DNA from: Balanoglossus misakiensis
Lineage: Eukaryota > Animalia > Hemichordata
DNA: 64,000 nucleotides
Direction of reading: 5' to 3'
Assembly (NCBI GenBank): GCA_040954595.2
Contig: CM082595.2
Coordinates: 6,810,193-6,874,192, forward strand
The number at the start of each line of letters is the position of its first letter. The first letter of the stretch is position 1. Shown here in pieces: positions 31,507-42,409 of this stretch. The notes below the pieces were generated by a model that ran no database searches, was not told where the DNA came from, and saw only the letters and a list, made by a program, of their open reading frames with translations. Made by a program: the position numbers and the translations under genes.

Positions 31507-32373
31507 TTAAGTTAAAATACCAAATCATTCCGAGGGAGAATTATCAGTTAGCCCTTTACATAAAATAATATATTTATTATGTTTTATCTTTCTACTTGGC
31601 AACAATAATATAAAATTTGACATCTTTTGTTATCTAGTTGAGACGGGTAATACAGTATATGTTATACAATAGATTTAGGCAATACAATTTAAGTGTAAAA
31701 GTACTGTATCTGTAAAATATTTCGACTCTATGTATAGTACACATTATTCGAGCTGTGATGGTCGATGATGAATAAATTATGTGCAAATGTAAATTTATCC
31801 ATTAATCTGTTTGCAAATGTTTAACTTCCTGATGTGTCTTCGTTACAGTGGGTTTGAGTGTTCAACTAGATTAAGAAGCACGACTGAGTACAGTTTGCGT
31901 TGATTGAAAAAAACGTTCGTAAAAAATTAGTTGTCTGATCCAGCAAGGCTACTAGGCCACCCTGGGTACAGTTGGCATGAATTGCAAAAGCTGTTCGCGA
32001 AAAATCATCATCCAATCCTGCAAGGCTAGGCCAGCAGGGGTACACTCTGTGATCAGAAACGCTTGGCTAGGAGGTGATTGGAATATATGACCACACAACC
32101 TTACCAGTATTGTTTGCACAGTTATTACATTACAAACTGATCCAAGCACACAGAGACAGTTCCCACACACACTGCTGGCTGACATTAGCAACACCAGCTT
32201 GGGGTTTAAAAAGAAAAAAAATGGCTTTATTAAAAGAAATATCATGAACAGAAATAAAGAGGACACCCGCATAAAAGGAGTGGTAAATAAAAGTTTGGAC
32301 TGTGGAAAATAACCGAACATGCGCACACTCTCTGAACTCACACAATGAAAATTGCAACATTTTCTCAGATCGA

Positions 32374-32426
32374 GCGGAAGTTACTCGCGCATGCGCTGTC
32401 AGCGGCGTGGGTCGTTATTGGATTGG
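32374..32426. promoter_or_regulatory. Cluster of housekeeping-promoter motifs (ETS, NRF1, GC-box-like, two CCAAT)
   Basis: GCGGAAGT 32374-32381, GCGCATGCGC 32387-32396, GGCGTGG 32404-32410, and ATTGG at 32417 and 32422, all in a locally CpG-rich patch. Confidence 0.45.
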
Positions 32427-32699
32427 AAATTTGAAAAATAATTTAGAAAATTGCAAACGGGTTTGAAATTAATTTAGAACCTCGAAAAGACGAGAAGAAA
32501 TCCCAAACAACACGAAAATGCAGTTGCCTGACAGACAGCCCGAGGGTGTGAAAAGCAGGAGAATGATGATTTACAGCTCGGGTTCTGAAGTTTTGATGAT
32601 CTCGATTACCCACGTGGTCAGCAGGAAAGTTTGCGGAAAATCCATATAAGGAAGCAGTATTTTTTTTAAAAATTTGGTACGCACTGGGCATCGCTAACC

Positions 32700-32894
32700 A
32701 AAAAGAAATCTCCGCCGACATCCCAGGGATTGGCAAGTGCTCTCGAAACTGGTCAACGACCGAGTTATGCTTTCCTCGGCCCAACGAAAGCATCGACAGC
32801 GCGGAGGTAACGCATCACGGAGCGGGACAGCCCGCTACTGGGTTCCGCTAAATTTCACACACCCGGATCGCGCTAGAAACTTCTCGCGAGCGCC
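32700..32894 (-). ncRNA. Candidate ~195-nt structured RNA polymerase III (type-3 promoter) transcript, family unknown
   Basis: Minus strand starts GGCGCTCGCG and ends GGAGATTTCTTTTT, with no internal T4 run. TTATAT lies about 30 nt upstream (32918-32923) and an octamer at 33109-33116 (-215 to -222). Several perfect stems. No vertebrate-type PSE recognised. Confidence 0.5.
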
Positions 32895-32917
32895 AGTGAA
32901 AAAATCCGCCAAGCCAA

Positions 32918-33116
32918 ATATAATCTACCGACCTTGTTTCCTACGCTTGAACATCGCCGTCCAGGGTAAACTTGTCTTTATTTTAGGAAAGAATCGCATG
33001 GTCCCCAAGACACACCTCCATCTCTGTCCCAGTCCAGATCGTAAATGAACATTCCACTTTCTTTCCGGGGGGTGGCAGGGTGATCGGGTTATCTTCCGGC
33101 CAGGGCTTATTTGCAT
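32918..33116 (-). promoter_or_regulatory. Putative U6-type upstream promoter (TATA-like box plus distal octamer)
   Basis: ATTTGCAT at 33109-33116 and minus-strand TTATAT at 32923-32918. Their spacing to the G at 32893/32894 resembles the human U6 promoter. Confidence 0.45.
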
Positions 33117-34751
33117 ATCCACAACAAAAAGAAAGGGCTATGGGCTTGTCGGTCGGATGAGGGCGGTCGGCCAGCCTAACATTGCGTGAAAAACAGCTTA
33201 TTTGTCCAATTTTGTCCAAGTCAAGGTCACCGTCCGCGTACGTATTCATATTTTAGCAAATGATTTCAAGTCTGTTTCTGAAGTTATCTTGACTTTATAC
33301 ATAAGGGCCTTATAGCATGAATATTAATCAACAACCATACATTCAGATGTCGATTTCATGCACAACATTTGACGTCAACAACATTCATAAATCTGTTTTG
33401 TAATGAGAAGTTTATTTAAAAATTTTATTCAAGTGGTGGAATTTACATCAGAGGCAGTAAATAGAAAATTACAGACGTCAGTGATTCAAAACATTTTTGT
33501 TTTTCAGATTTGACATGTTTAGTTTAAAAAAGATGTTCAAATGTGACAACTTCTAAATATATCATTGCAATTGTAAGAATCTCATATTGCATATAAATGA
33601 CATTTCAATCATTAGCCACACCTGATAGTAAGACTCGAAGTAAAGGCACTGTTTAAAAGCACTCTGGTTAGTCATTTGGGATAATAACAAAACATACATG
33701 GCATTGAAATTACTAAACTGGCATTAGTTCATAAAAAGACAAACCTGTAGTGAAATACTGTTGAATTAAATACTGGATACTCTGCTACGTTTTACTCATA
33801 GGAACTGCGCCGACACACTAACATTTGTGTTGTGACCTTATGACCTTTGTTTGTTTGTTCGTTGTTTGTACTCGCTCTCTTGCCTTGTGCGCATTATTAA
33901 AGGTTTGATCGTACGGAATTGGTTTGTCTTTATTGCCGCTGGTAGTATGTTATACTGACACAAGTTTTGTAAATGAAATTAATGTAGATACAAATCTGAC
34001 AATGAAAATTTTGCCAGTTTGCAAACTTAATGTTTAACTGTAATCTGAAAATTTGTTGACATTATCCGTTTAAAAACAACCCATATTTTTCATAGCAAAA
34101 CCCAAGCTGATAAGGGCAATGACCTGCTGAGAAATCTGTCTCTCAGTCTCAGTTTCTGTAAATGAACTCCTCAATAAATCACAATTTCATCTACTACAAA
34201 CACCCAGTCCATTTACCATAATGATACTAAAAATTGCAAAAAAAAATTCATTTCAAAAATGACTCTTTGGGTGATATCATGTCAAAGTTTCAGACTACAC
34301 AAAAAAGTAAAACCAGGTTAGTTAAAATGTTTGACAAAAAATATACTTGTAATTAGTATGTTGCAATGCTCAAGCACGATCAAAGTATTTGCTTTACAAA
34401 TAACAACCCAAATATATACATAGAAACAAAACCAGTTATACAAATGAATACTGATAAAATAATATAGTAACAGCCACTTGATTAATTTACTGCTGGCTAA
34501 AAAGCAGAACACTGATAAAAACATGGTTATAAAAAGTTACAACAAACAACAGCTCAAATCAAAGTTGACTATTAATTCCCTGAATATTAAAATGAGCTAA
34601 AAGTAACTGACATAAACTTGGATTACTTTTTAAAAAATCCTGTAAGAAAAGGTCACCATTGGGACTACCGCTTATTTGTAAATTGTATGTCCTGATTACA
34701 ATGTAACAGGGTAATTGCTGGGATTTACACTTTTCTGTATTGCTGTAGGTA

Positions 34752-34959
34752 CTGTAAAACACTTTATTTTCGCAAGCAATAAATTTTCGCGAAATACGCG
34801 AGAGCCAAAATAGTGTGAAAATAAAAAGTCGCGTAATTTTTGTTTGAAGATAACGATGCAGTGAATGAAATAAGAGAACGCGAAAATTAATACTCGCCAA
34901 ACAGTGGCCTCTTTTGATATCGCGAAAATTTCCTGTCGTGAAAACAACATGTTTTACAG
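34752..34959. mobile_element. TA-flanked MITE with CTGTAAAAC termini (Tc1/mariner-type), copy 1
   Basis: TA|CTGTAAAACAC ... ATGTTTTACAG|TA with internal TTTTCGCG/CGCGAAAA motifs. Second copy at 41117-41292. Confidence 0.85.
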
Positions 34960-35508
34960 TATTCTATGTAAAACAAAATGGGATATCAATCTGTCCCCTT
35001 GTACATGTACTCAAGTTTCCAGACTATAAAGTTTGAATATAAATGAGGTAAAAATTCAAAACCGATTTTTCCATATCAGACCTGGAAAGACCTGTCTGTA
35101 CTCAACTGGTTTCTTGTTGACACAGTCAGTTGTTGATGGTCAACTGGAAACAGTGGTCAACATTCAGCCTTCATGAAATACATCTTTTCAGAAAATGTAT
35201 GCAGGAAACAGTAAGTAAATGTAGAGAAAAAGTATTCACAAAATCCTTTTTGTTCAATGTGTTCTGGGTATTACAGCCCAAATAATGCAACACACTTATT
35301 TGCTGCATTGTACATCATGATGGCAATTAAGCCATCTGTCAGACGGACAGAAGATATTGTAGTTTCCAGTTTGCAGAAGTTTAGTCTTGATGACATTCCA
35401 GTGTTCACCCCAAAGGCCACTTCTGCATGGAGGACACTTCTGATTGTCGCACATTAATCCCTGGATAGTTTGCACGGGGAAGTGGAACTGGTGTTCATAG
35501 GAGATTTT

Positions 35509-35878
35509 ACACAGACCTAAGTGAGCTTCCTGGCTAATTTGCATAGATGCGGATGGTGCTCAAATCTAACACAGACCTGAGTGTGCTTCCTGGCTAATTT
35601 GCATAGACACAGATGAATGCACAGATTGTACACAGACCTGAGTGTGCTTCCTGGCTAATTTGCATAGATGCAGATTAGTTGCTCAAATCTAACACAGACC
35701 TGAGTGTGCTTCCTTGCTAATTTGCATAGACACAGACGAATGCACCGAGATGCACATACTTGAGTGTGCTTCCTGGCTAATTTGCATAGATGCAGATTAG
35801 TTGCTCAAATCTAACACAGACCTGAGTGTGTTTCCTGGCTAATTTGCATGGACACAGACGAATGCACCGAGATGCACA
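35509..35878. repeat. Minisatellite of six ~60-62-bp units (alternating A/B dimer) in the RhoGEF 3' UTR
   Basis: Unit core acacagacctgagtgtgcttcctggctaatttgcataga recurs at ~35509, 35569, 35630, 35692, 35753 and 35813. Confidence 0.92.
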
Positions 35879-35900
35879 GCGCTAGAGAACAGATCTCTAT

Positions 35901-38900
35901 TCAGTGAAGATCTCCAAATTTCGACTGCAGGAAGCACTGCGAGATACACAGCAGCCGGTAGCGCTCTCGCAGATTCTTCGCACGTACGTGCTGACTGAGA
36001 ATCTCTTCCACGTTCGCCGCAGGGAACCACCCCTTTTCGCCATCGCGTAACCGCTCACCTTCATACCAGCCTGTAAGTGAAATACAAACAATACAGGGGT
36101 CATGGCACTATAGCTCCACTTTTATGGCCATTAGCAAATGCTATGTAGAAAATCAAAAACTTGGAAATTACTCAGATAAAATACCTTCAGAAATGCTTTT
36201 GCGTATTCTTTAACACCATTTACCAGCACCTGTTATGTGACAAGACTCTTACAAGTACTTATATTTGCAATAAGATATTTACCATCTGGTAATTTTCTGT
36301 AAACATTAATGATATCTGACTCTTCCAAGGACAGTTCGTCTGGCTCTGATGATGTGTACGCTTCTACACATTGGACTTGTGGACAATCTGTCATAGAGAA
36401 TGAAAATGATTTTAGTGTTAAAATTGGTATTATTTTTTAAAAACATACTAATTCATGCAGATGAATTAAATGAAGGGACGAAGTCTCTCTCTCACTGCCC
36501 TTTTCCATTAATTATGTTTGATACACGACACTGCTTATGTTATTCTACATGTGGATACATAGCGAATCAGCGTTCAACCACACACACCTTCCATCCAACT
36601 TGCATACAAATTTGCCCAAAATGAATAAATGGTAGAGCCCGATTATTCATTTTAGCGAGTTTTTCACTCTTGTGTCTACAAGTGGGATGGAAGGTGTGTG
36701 TGGTTGAACGTTGATTCGCTATGTATCCACATGTAGAATAACATAAATGGTGTCTTGTAACAAACATAATTAATGGGAAAATGGGCAGCAAGAGAGAGAG
36801 ACTTTGTCCCTTTAATGAACAATGATGACAAAGAAATAAACCTACCCCAGGCTTCATAAACCTTGCCCTCTTCATAATCATCATCATCCACGTTATCAGG
36901 AGAGAGGACGTCTATCCACCGCTGTCTGTCACTCCTGTTAACAAAGAATTATTTCTCTAATACTTAAACAGGTTTTATACTGTCCACACTGCAACCTAGA
37001 CAACTTAAATTGGTTCAAAATATAAACGACCCAATATTACTTGTATTACAGTAAAACCTGTCTAAACCGAACACTAAAGGGACTGAATAAACTGTTCAGT
37101 TTGTTAAGGTGTCCAGTTTTTAGAGGTTCTTTTTACATGTGGTTCTATGTCAAAGGGACAGGAAAATGTGTTCTGTATAGACAGGTTTCCAAATAAGACA
37201 GGGTTCGGTTTAGACAGATTTTACTGTAGTTACAATACAATATACATGTACATGTACTTACAATTTACTTGTGTTCAGTATAATTTCCCGCTGTTTTTTC
37301 TGGTAATTTTCCAGCAACACTAAGATGAATATATTCATACAGTTAGCTGGCACACCTCGCTTCAGCAACGGATGTTGCTGGGGAAACTCCACTGGTTGAA
37401 CCTGGCACATGTTACGAAGACAGTGGTCCTCGACCACAAAACTGCCATCACTGTGAACAGAGACAGAAAAGTAGGATTTGATCAAATCTGTATGTTCACG
37501 TTTTTGTGTTGTTGTGCATATCAATCAACACACGGTGATTGCAAGGGCTGGTCACCTACAGCAAAAAGAATACAGCAATCTAATTTTGTGCCCATTTGCA
37601 GTGCAGTATGGTACAGTCTAGTGCAACACAGCACAGCACAGCACTACACTACCCTACAGTATACTACAGTACACTACACTCACTACAATCAATAAAATAC
37701 AATACTATACAACTTTCAAGAAACATATCTGTTACCTTCCTTGGGCACACAGTCATATTATCTCGGAATTAGTTTACAGGATAAAATGACTTACCTCTTT
37801 TTCCGTGTGATGAGAATGAGATCTGTAAACAGAAACAGATGAATCCGTTCCTGGACTGGTTTGATGGTTGAACTGAACGGGTTTCTCGATTTCACATACT
37901 TGATTTCCGACAATTCTCCTTTCTTCACTAGCCATCGCTGCTCTGACACCAAAGCCATATGCTGAAAATGAATAATAATTATAGTAATTTTTCTGGGCAG
38001 AAAATTTACTAGTATATGAATGTGACAACTGTAAGGCTGCTGATAAAACTGAATGACAGTTAAAGGGACAAAGTCTCTCTCTCGCTGCCCTTTTTGCTTT
38101 AATTATGTTTGATACAAGACACCGTTTACGTTATTCTACATATGGATATATAGTGAATCAACGTTTGACAACACACAACTTATATCCCACTTGTAGACAC
38201 GAGAGTGAAAAACTCGCCTACATGAATAATCAGTGTTTACCGTTCATTCATTTTGGGCGAATTTTTACTCTCATATCCTACAAACAGGATGGAAGTTGTG
38301 TATGGTTGAACGTTGATTCACTATATATCCATATGTACATTAACATAAACGGTGCCTTGTATCAAACATAATTAATGGAAAAGAGGCAGCGAGGTTGTCC
38401 CTTTAAGAATTTTTTTATTTCATGTACCACAATCAAAACTTGTTTTTATCACCAATTTTTTTACTGATATATAGTCCATTATTTTTACTTCCTATGATCC
38501 TGTTTCTTTGATATTAAAATGTCATATTACCTTGTTCATTTTCAACTGTTTTTGTATTTCATACATTTCGTAAAGTCTGTCCATCTTCCGAGCACCTTCA
38601 TTACACTCACGCACGTTTTTCTTGATAGCAAGAAGTGCCGTCCTGGCAGACTTGTATATCAATGTCTCCTCCTCCACACGATGGAAAATGTTCTGTGGAA
38701 AAGACGGAAAAAATAGGAACATTTTTGTCTATCAATAAGTAGATAAGTGTTATGCGTTAATGAATGTATGATTCCTGAAATTTATTTTGTCAAGGACATG
38801 AAAAAGACTTATTCCAATGGTGTACATGAGGAGCTTTTATAATGCAATAGTCTGCCTACTGGGGATACTCAATATTTCGAGAGAGACCTTCCCATTAATT

Positions 38901-41900
38901 GAAGGGCATTCTTTCTCATGTAAATAGAAAAGTTTGAATTTTCAGTCCTAAATTTCTTAAATTCCACTTCACACGGACCTGCTCCAAGCAATTGCTAGTG
39001 AAATTTCTTGTGCATACAATTTTCTATTTTGAAGAATAAGTTCCTCATATACAATACAGTTACTCAATGTAGTTCACATGGGGTATTCCACTTTAAGCTT
39101 TTCATTGTTTCATTATTATCAATGGGTATGGTTGAATCCATAATAAGGGAAATGGGGGTGGAAGGGTGAGTGTTCCTTACTTCGATGAGCAATGGTAGTC
39201 TTGTGATTCTCTGCATAGGTAGAGTGATGAAAGACTGGAATGGAAGGGCCTCACAAACTGGTCTGGCTTCCAGCTGTTTGATTATTTCCTTAAAACCAGC
39301 AGATTTTGCCCTGAAAGTTCAAATAGTCATAATGAACGTATCAGATTCTGCACTAAAAAATTAAAATACTGTATTTGCCATAAAAAGATGAAAATGGCAT
39401 CGCAATTTTCCCTGAAAATATTTACCACAAATAAATGAGAATGAAAGTTCAAATAATCATAATGAACGTATGAAAATGGCATCAGATGCTGCACTAAAAA
39501 TTCAAATACTGCATTTGCCATAAGTAGGTGAAAATGGCATTGCAATTTTCCCTGAAAATATTTACCACAAATAAATGAGAATGACTGTTTGATCTGATGG
39601 GTGATAAGAAGAAACTTTCACAAATTTCCCCTCAACCAACATCCATGCCCTCCCCACGTATCAGTTTTTGACTATCCCTTACATTAATTCTTCATAAGTT
39701 CTCATCTGCTGTGACTGGTTGCTGCAGTACAGAACATAGCACTGGAAGTGTTCCTCAGCAAACTTCTGAACGATGTCACAAACGTCAACCAACACAATAC
39801 TTTCTTCTTGTCGGTTCTCCATTGCGAGCAAAAACCTAAAAAATAAAACATAAATTTATCATTATTTACTTCCACAGAAAACACAACTATCTTTTGAGTT
39901 ATGAGTTGTACTCAATAATGCAAGTAAATCAGTTTTGTCAATCCCAATATCAACAAATTGAATGTAACCAGGCTTATATACAAAGTAACCAGGCTTATAT
40001 ACAATGTAACAAGGCTTACATACAATGTAACCAGGCTTATACAATGTAACCAGGCTTATATACAATTTAACCAGGCTTATATACAATGTAACCAGGCTTA
40101 TATACAAAGTAACAAGCCTTATATACAATGTAACAAGGCTTATATACAATGTAACAAGGCTTATATACAATGTAACAAGCCTTTACTTTACATATAATAC
40201 ATCTCTCACCTCTCGCTGACATCTCGAATTGCCTCAATGTTGGAAAATAGTTGTTTTCTCTCCAGTTTTGACAGAATATGAATGTTCTCCACAAAATTCT
40301 CAATGAAAATATTCAAACTGTGTAAATAGGAGGCTTCAGATGTGATCACTTCAAATATCGTCTGTAGAAACAAAGAAACATTTTGAAATAAATTGATGGC
40401 CGTTTTAACAGTTTTGGCCAGAAATATAATCTTGGACACTTCAATATACACAAAACAGACAAATGTCAAAACACTACATGGATTACATGCACATGGTATT
40501 ATCATAAGTTACATCTTCTGTTACTTACTGTATTTGAACTTATTCAACTTAAAGGTATACGGTCACCTATGGATAATTAGCTATAGTTACCATGGCAAAT
40601 TGAGATCTAGCCAATCACAGATTTTCAGTGGGTGGCACACGTGAAAAAAAGAGCGCCACCATATGTTCTTTAGAACCTTCAAATACGCCATTTCAGCCAT
40701 ATATGGGCGTATGTAAATTGGAGGTGACTGTATACTTTTAAGTGTGATCAATCTGCCTACAAGAAAAAGGTTTCAAAACCTTAATTTATAAAGGAAAAGG
40801 GGGTTACTTGGAAAAGAGGGGAGGGGGGTTGAGGGGAGGGTTTAGTCCTAAAACCTCACCTCTTGTAGTTTCAAATCATGTCTTGTTAGCGTCTTCAAGA
40901 CTCCACTCTGCCGAACCTCGGGCAGGTCACTCCACAGTGTGCGTTGCAGTGTTCCGGCGCTCCTGTACGATGGCTTCGGAGCGGGAACGTTCTGATCCTT
41001 GTCTGCTTCTTCGTCTTCCGGGATTTCCCTCATCATCTGCGCGATCCGGGCCTTCTCTTCCTTCTGGTATTCTTGAAACATTGGTGCTGGGGTGATACAA
41101 TAACAGAAGTGAGATGCTGTAAAACACTTTATTTTCGCGAGCAATAAATTTTCGCGAAATACGCGAGAGCCAAAATAGCGTGAAAATAAAAAGTCGTGTA
41201 AAATTTTTTTGAAGATAACGATGCAGTGAATGAAATAAGAGAACACGAAAATTAATACTCAGGAAACAGTCGCGAAAAAAAGTGTTTTACAGTATGATGC
41301 ATCTTGTATATTTGACTTCTATTTTTGACATTGAGACCAGTCTTTCATAAAGGCAAACAGGGTACATGTACCACACAATTTTCCAGTATGTTGTATGCAA
41401 CACTCATCACTTTTGTTTACATGTACATTGGAAACACAGTGTATTTGATTCACACGGTGAGTTTTTCGAGCGAAAACTGAAACAGACTGTAAAGTTCCTT
41501 ACCCGTGTCAACATATCTGGATTTCTTTCTGTTTCTCCTAATGCCATAAGCACCCTTCTGTAAGGAACAGAAAAAATATCCAAGTGAAAAAGTTGCATCT
41601 GAGGATTGAAATACACTCTTGGCAAAGCTGGTTGCTTGTTCAGAGACATGATGGTTGGCGTATGACTGGTCAAAATCACTGTGACTTTCAAACCCTTTAA
41701 CTATTCTCATGTGGCAAATTCCTTGCAGGACTGACTGTTTAGAGTAAAACTAAAATGCCAGGGCCTGAACGTACCTGTGTATTCTCCTTTTCATCTTTCA
41801 GTTTTTCAAAAGTTGAACTCAGACCTCCTGCTCTACTGTGTGGACTTCGTGCTGCATTCCTCTTCTTTGGCAGTGGGGGTGATGACGACGATGTTGGCAC

Positions 41901-42409
41901 AGATGAAGACTTTTGCGGAAGGTTTTTCTGGTCGGCTTTGCTCACTGCGGCCAGGACGTTGAACTCTGCCGGCATGAGACTGCTGAAGCGAGGCGGGCAC
42001 GGCGGCAATCCGTCATTTTCCTGGGCTGGCAAGGGTCTCGACGCTTGGCTTTCCTTGGGTGTATCTATCAGACTCTCGCAACTTGACGAATTGCTGCTGT
42101 GTGACGGTTGCATGTACGGTGCTACGACGTTCGGATCCACATACATGGGGAACTGATCCGGATCCGAAAAGATGTTCTCGTTAACATTCCGCCCCGAAAT
42201 GGAGGCCAGGCGGTCCACCTCTGTCGGATCAACATAGGAATTTTCACTATCGTTGGAAGATACTGATAAACAACGTGCTATTTCTGGGTGCATGACTTCG
42301 TAATCGCAATCATCGTCTTCCAAGTTGCAGGCCAGATCGGTTTGATTTCGTGACCTTGCTGCAATCGGTGGAGGTGGTGATTTGAAACTATCAGGCTCAC
42401 TTTTTGGTG
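35901..42409 (-). CDS. Ephexin-family Rho guanine-nucleotide exchange factor (DH-PH-SH3; ARHGEF26/SGEF-, ARHGEF16-, NGEF-like), 5' end unresolved; exons ~42409(?)-41775, 41557-41503, 41086-40860, 40361-40210, 39835-39683, 39310-39181, 38692-38531, 37961-37795, 37450-37262, 36934-36846, 36387-36283, 36070-35901
   Basis: Phase-compatible GT-AG exons give LWSDLPEVRQSG, LQETIFEVITSEASYLHSL, YCSNQ, SFITLPMQRITRLPLL and CNEGARKM (DH); RWLVKKGEL...HLFLFTDLILIT (PH); and CPQVQCVEAY...DELSLEESD...GWYEGERLRDGEKGWFP (SH3). Stop codon at 35901-35903. Confidence 0.93.
36474..36811. mobile_element. Palindromic Kolobok-like MITE, copy 2 (RhoGEF intron)
   Basis: Same termini and body as 31163-31506, with the centre in opposite orientation. 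Right TTAA intact, left degenerate. Confidence 0.88.
37049..37226. mobile_element. pogo/Tigger-like MITE, TA TSD
   Basis: TA|CAGTAAAACCTGTCTAAACCGAAC ... GTTCGGTTTAGACAGATTTTACTG|TA. Confidence 0.85.
38064..38402. mobile_element. Palindromic Kolobok-like MITE, copy 3 (RhoGEF intron)
   Basis: TTAA|AGGGACAAAGTC ... TTGTCCCT|TTAA; body homologous to copies 1 and 2. Confidence 0.9.
39312..39583. repeat. Tandem duplication of a ~130-140-bp intronic segment
   Basis: tgaaagttcaaata...ccctgaaaatatttaccacaaataaatgagaa occurs twice in tandem. Confidence 0.85.
39961..40183. repeat. ~21-bp minisatellite (tatatacaatgtaaccaggct), about 10 copies
   Basis: Seen directly. It explains the repetitive spurious ORFs in this interval. 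Confidence 0.95.
40553..40737. mobile_element. Short TTAA-flanked TIR element (Kolobok-like MITE)
   Basis: TTAA|AGGTATACGGTCACCT ... AGGTGACTGTATACTT|TTAA. Confidence 0.7.
41117..41292. mobile_element. CTGTAAAAC MITE, copy 2
   Basis: Homologous to 34752-34959 with an internal deletion; ends GTGTTTTACAG|TA. Confidence 0.85.

Noticed and set aside
32538-32600. C/D-box-like motifs (ATGATGA ... CTGA)
   Set aside because: Boxes are too close together, there is no intronic host context, and no guide complementarity was recognised.
32700-32894. Identification as telomerase RNA, 7SK, vault RNA or twister/HDV ribozyme
   Set aside because: No CTAACCCT template, no 7SK 5' motif, no clear internal A/B boxes, and ribozyme core elements are incomplete. 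Left as unknown.
39862-40303. ORFs with VTLYISL/CNQAYIQ repeats
   Set aside because: Translations of the 21-bp minisatellite.
41755-42156. 133-aa plus-strand ORF
   Set aside because: Antisense shadow of the large RhoGEF exon.
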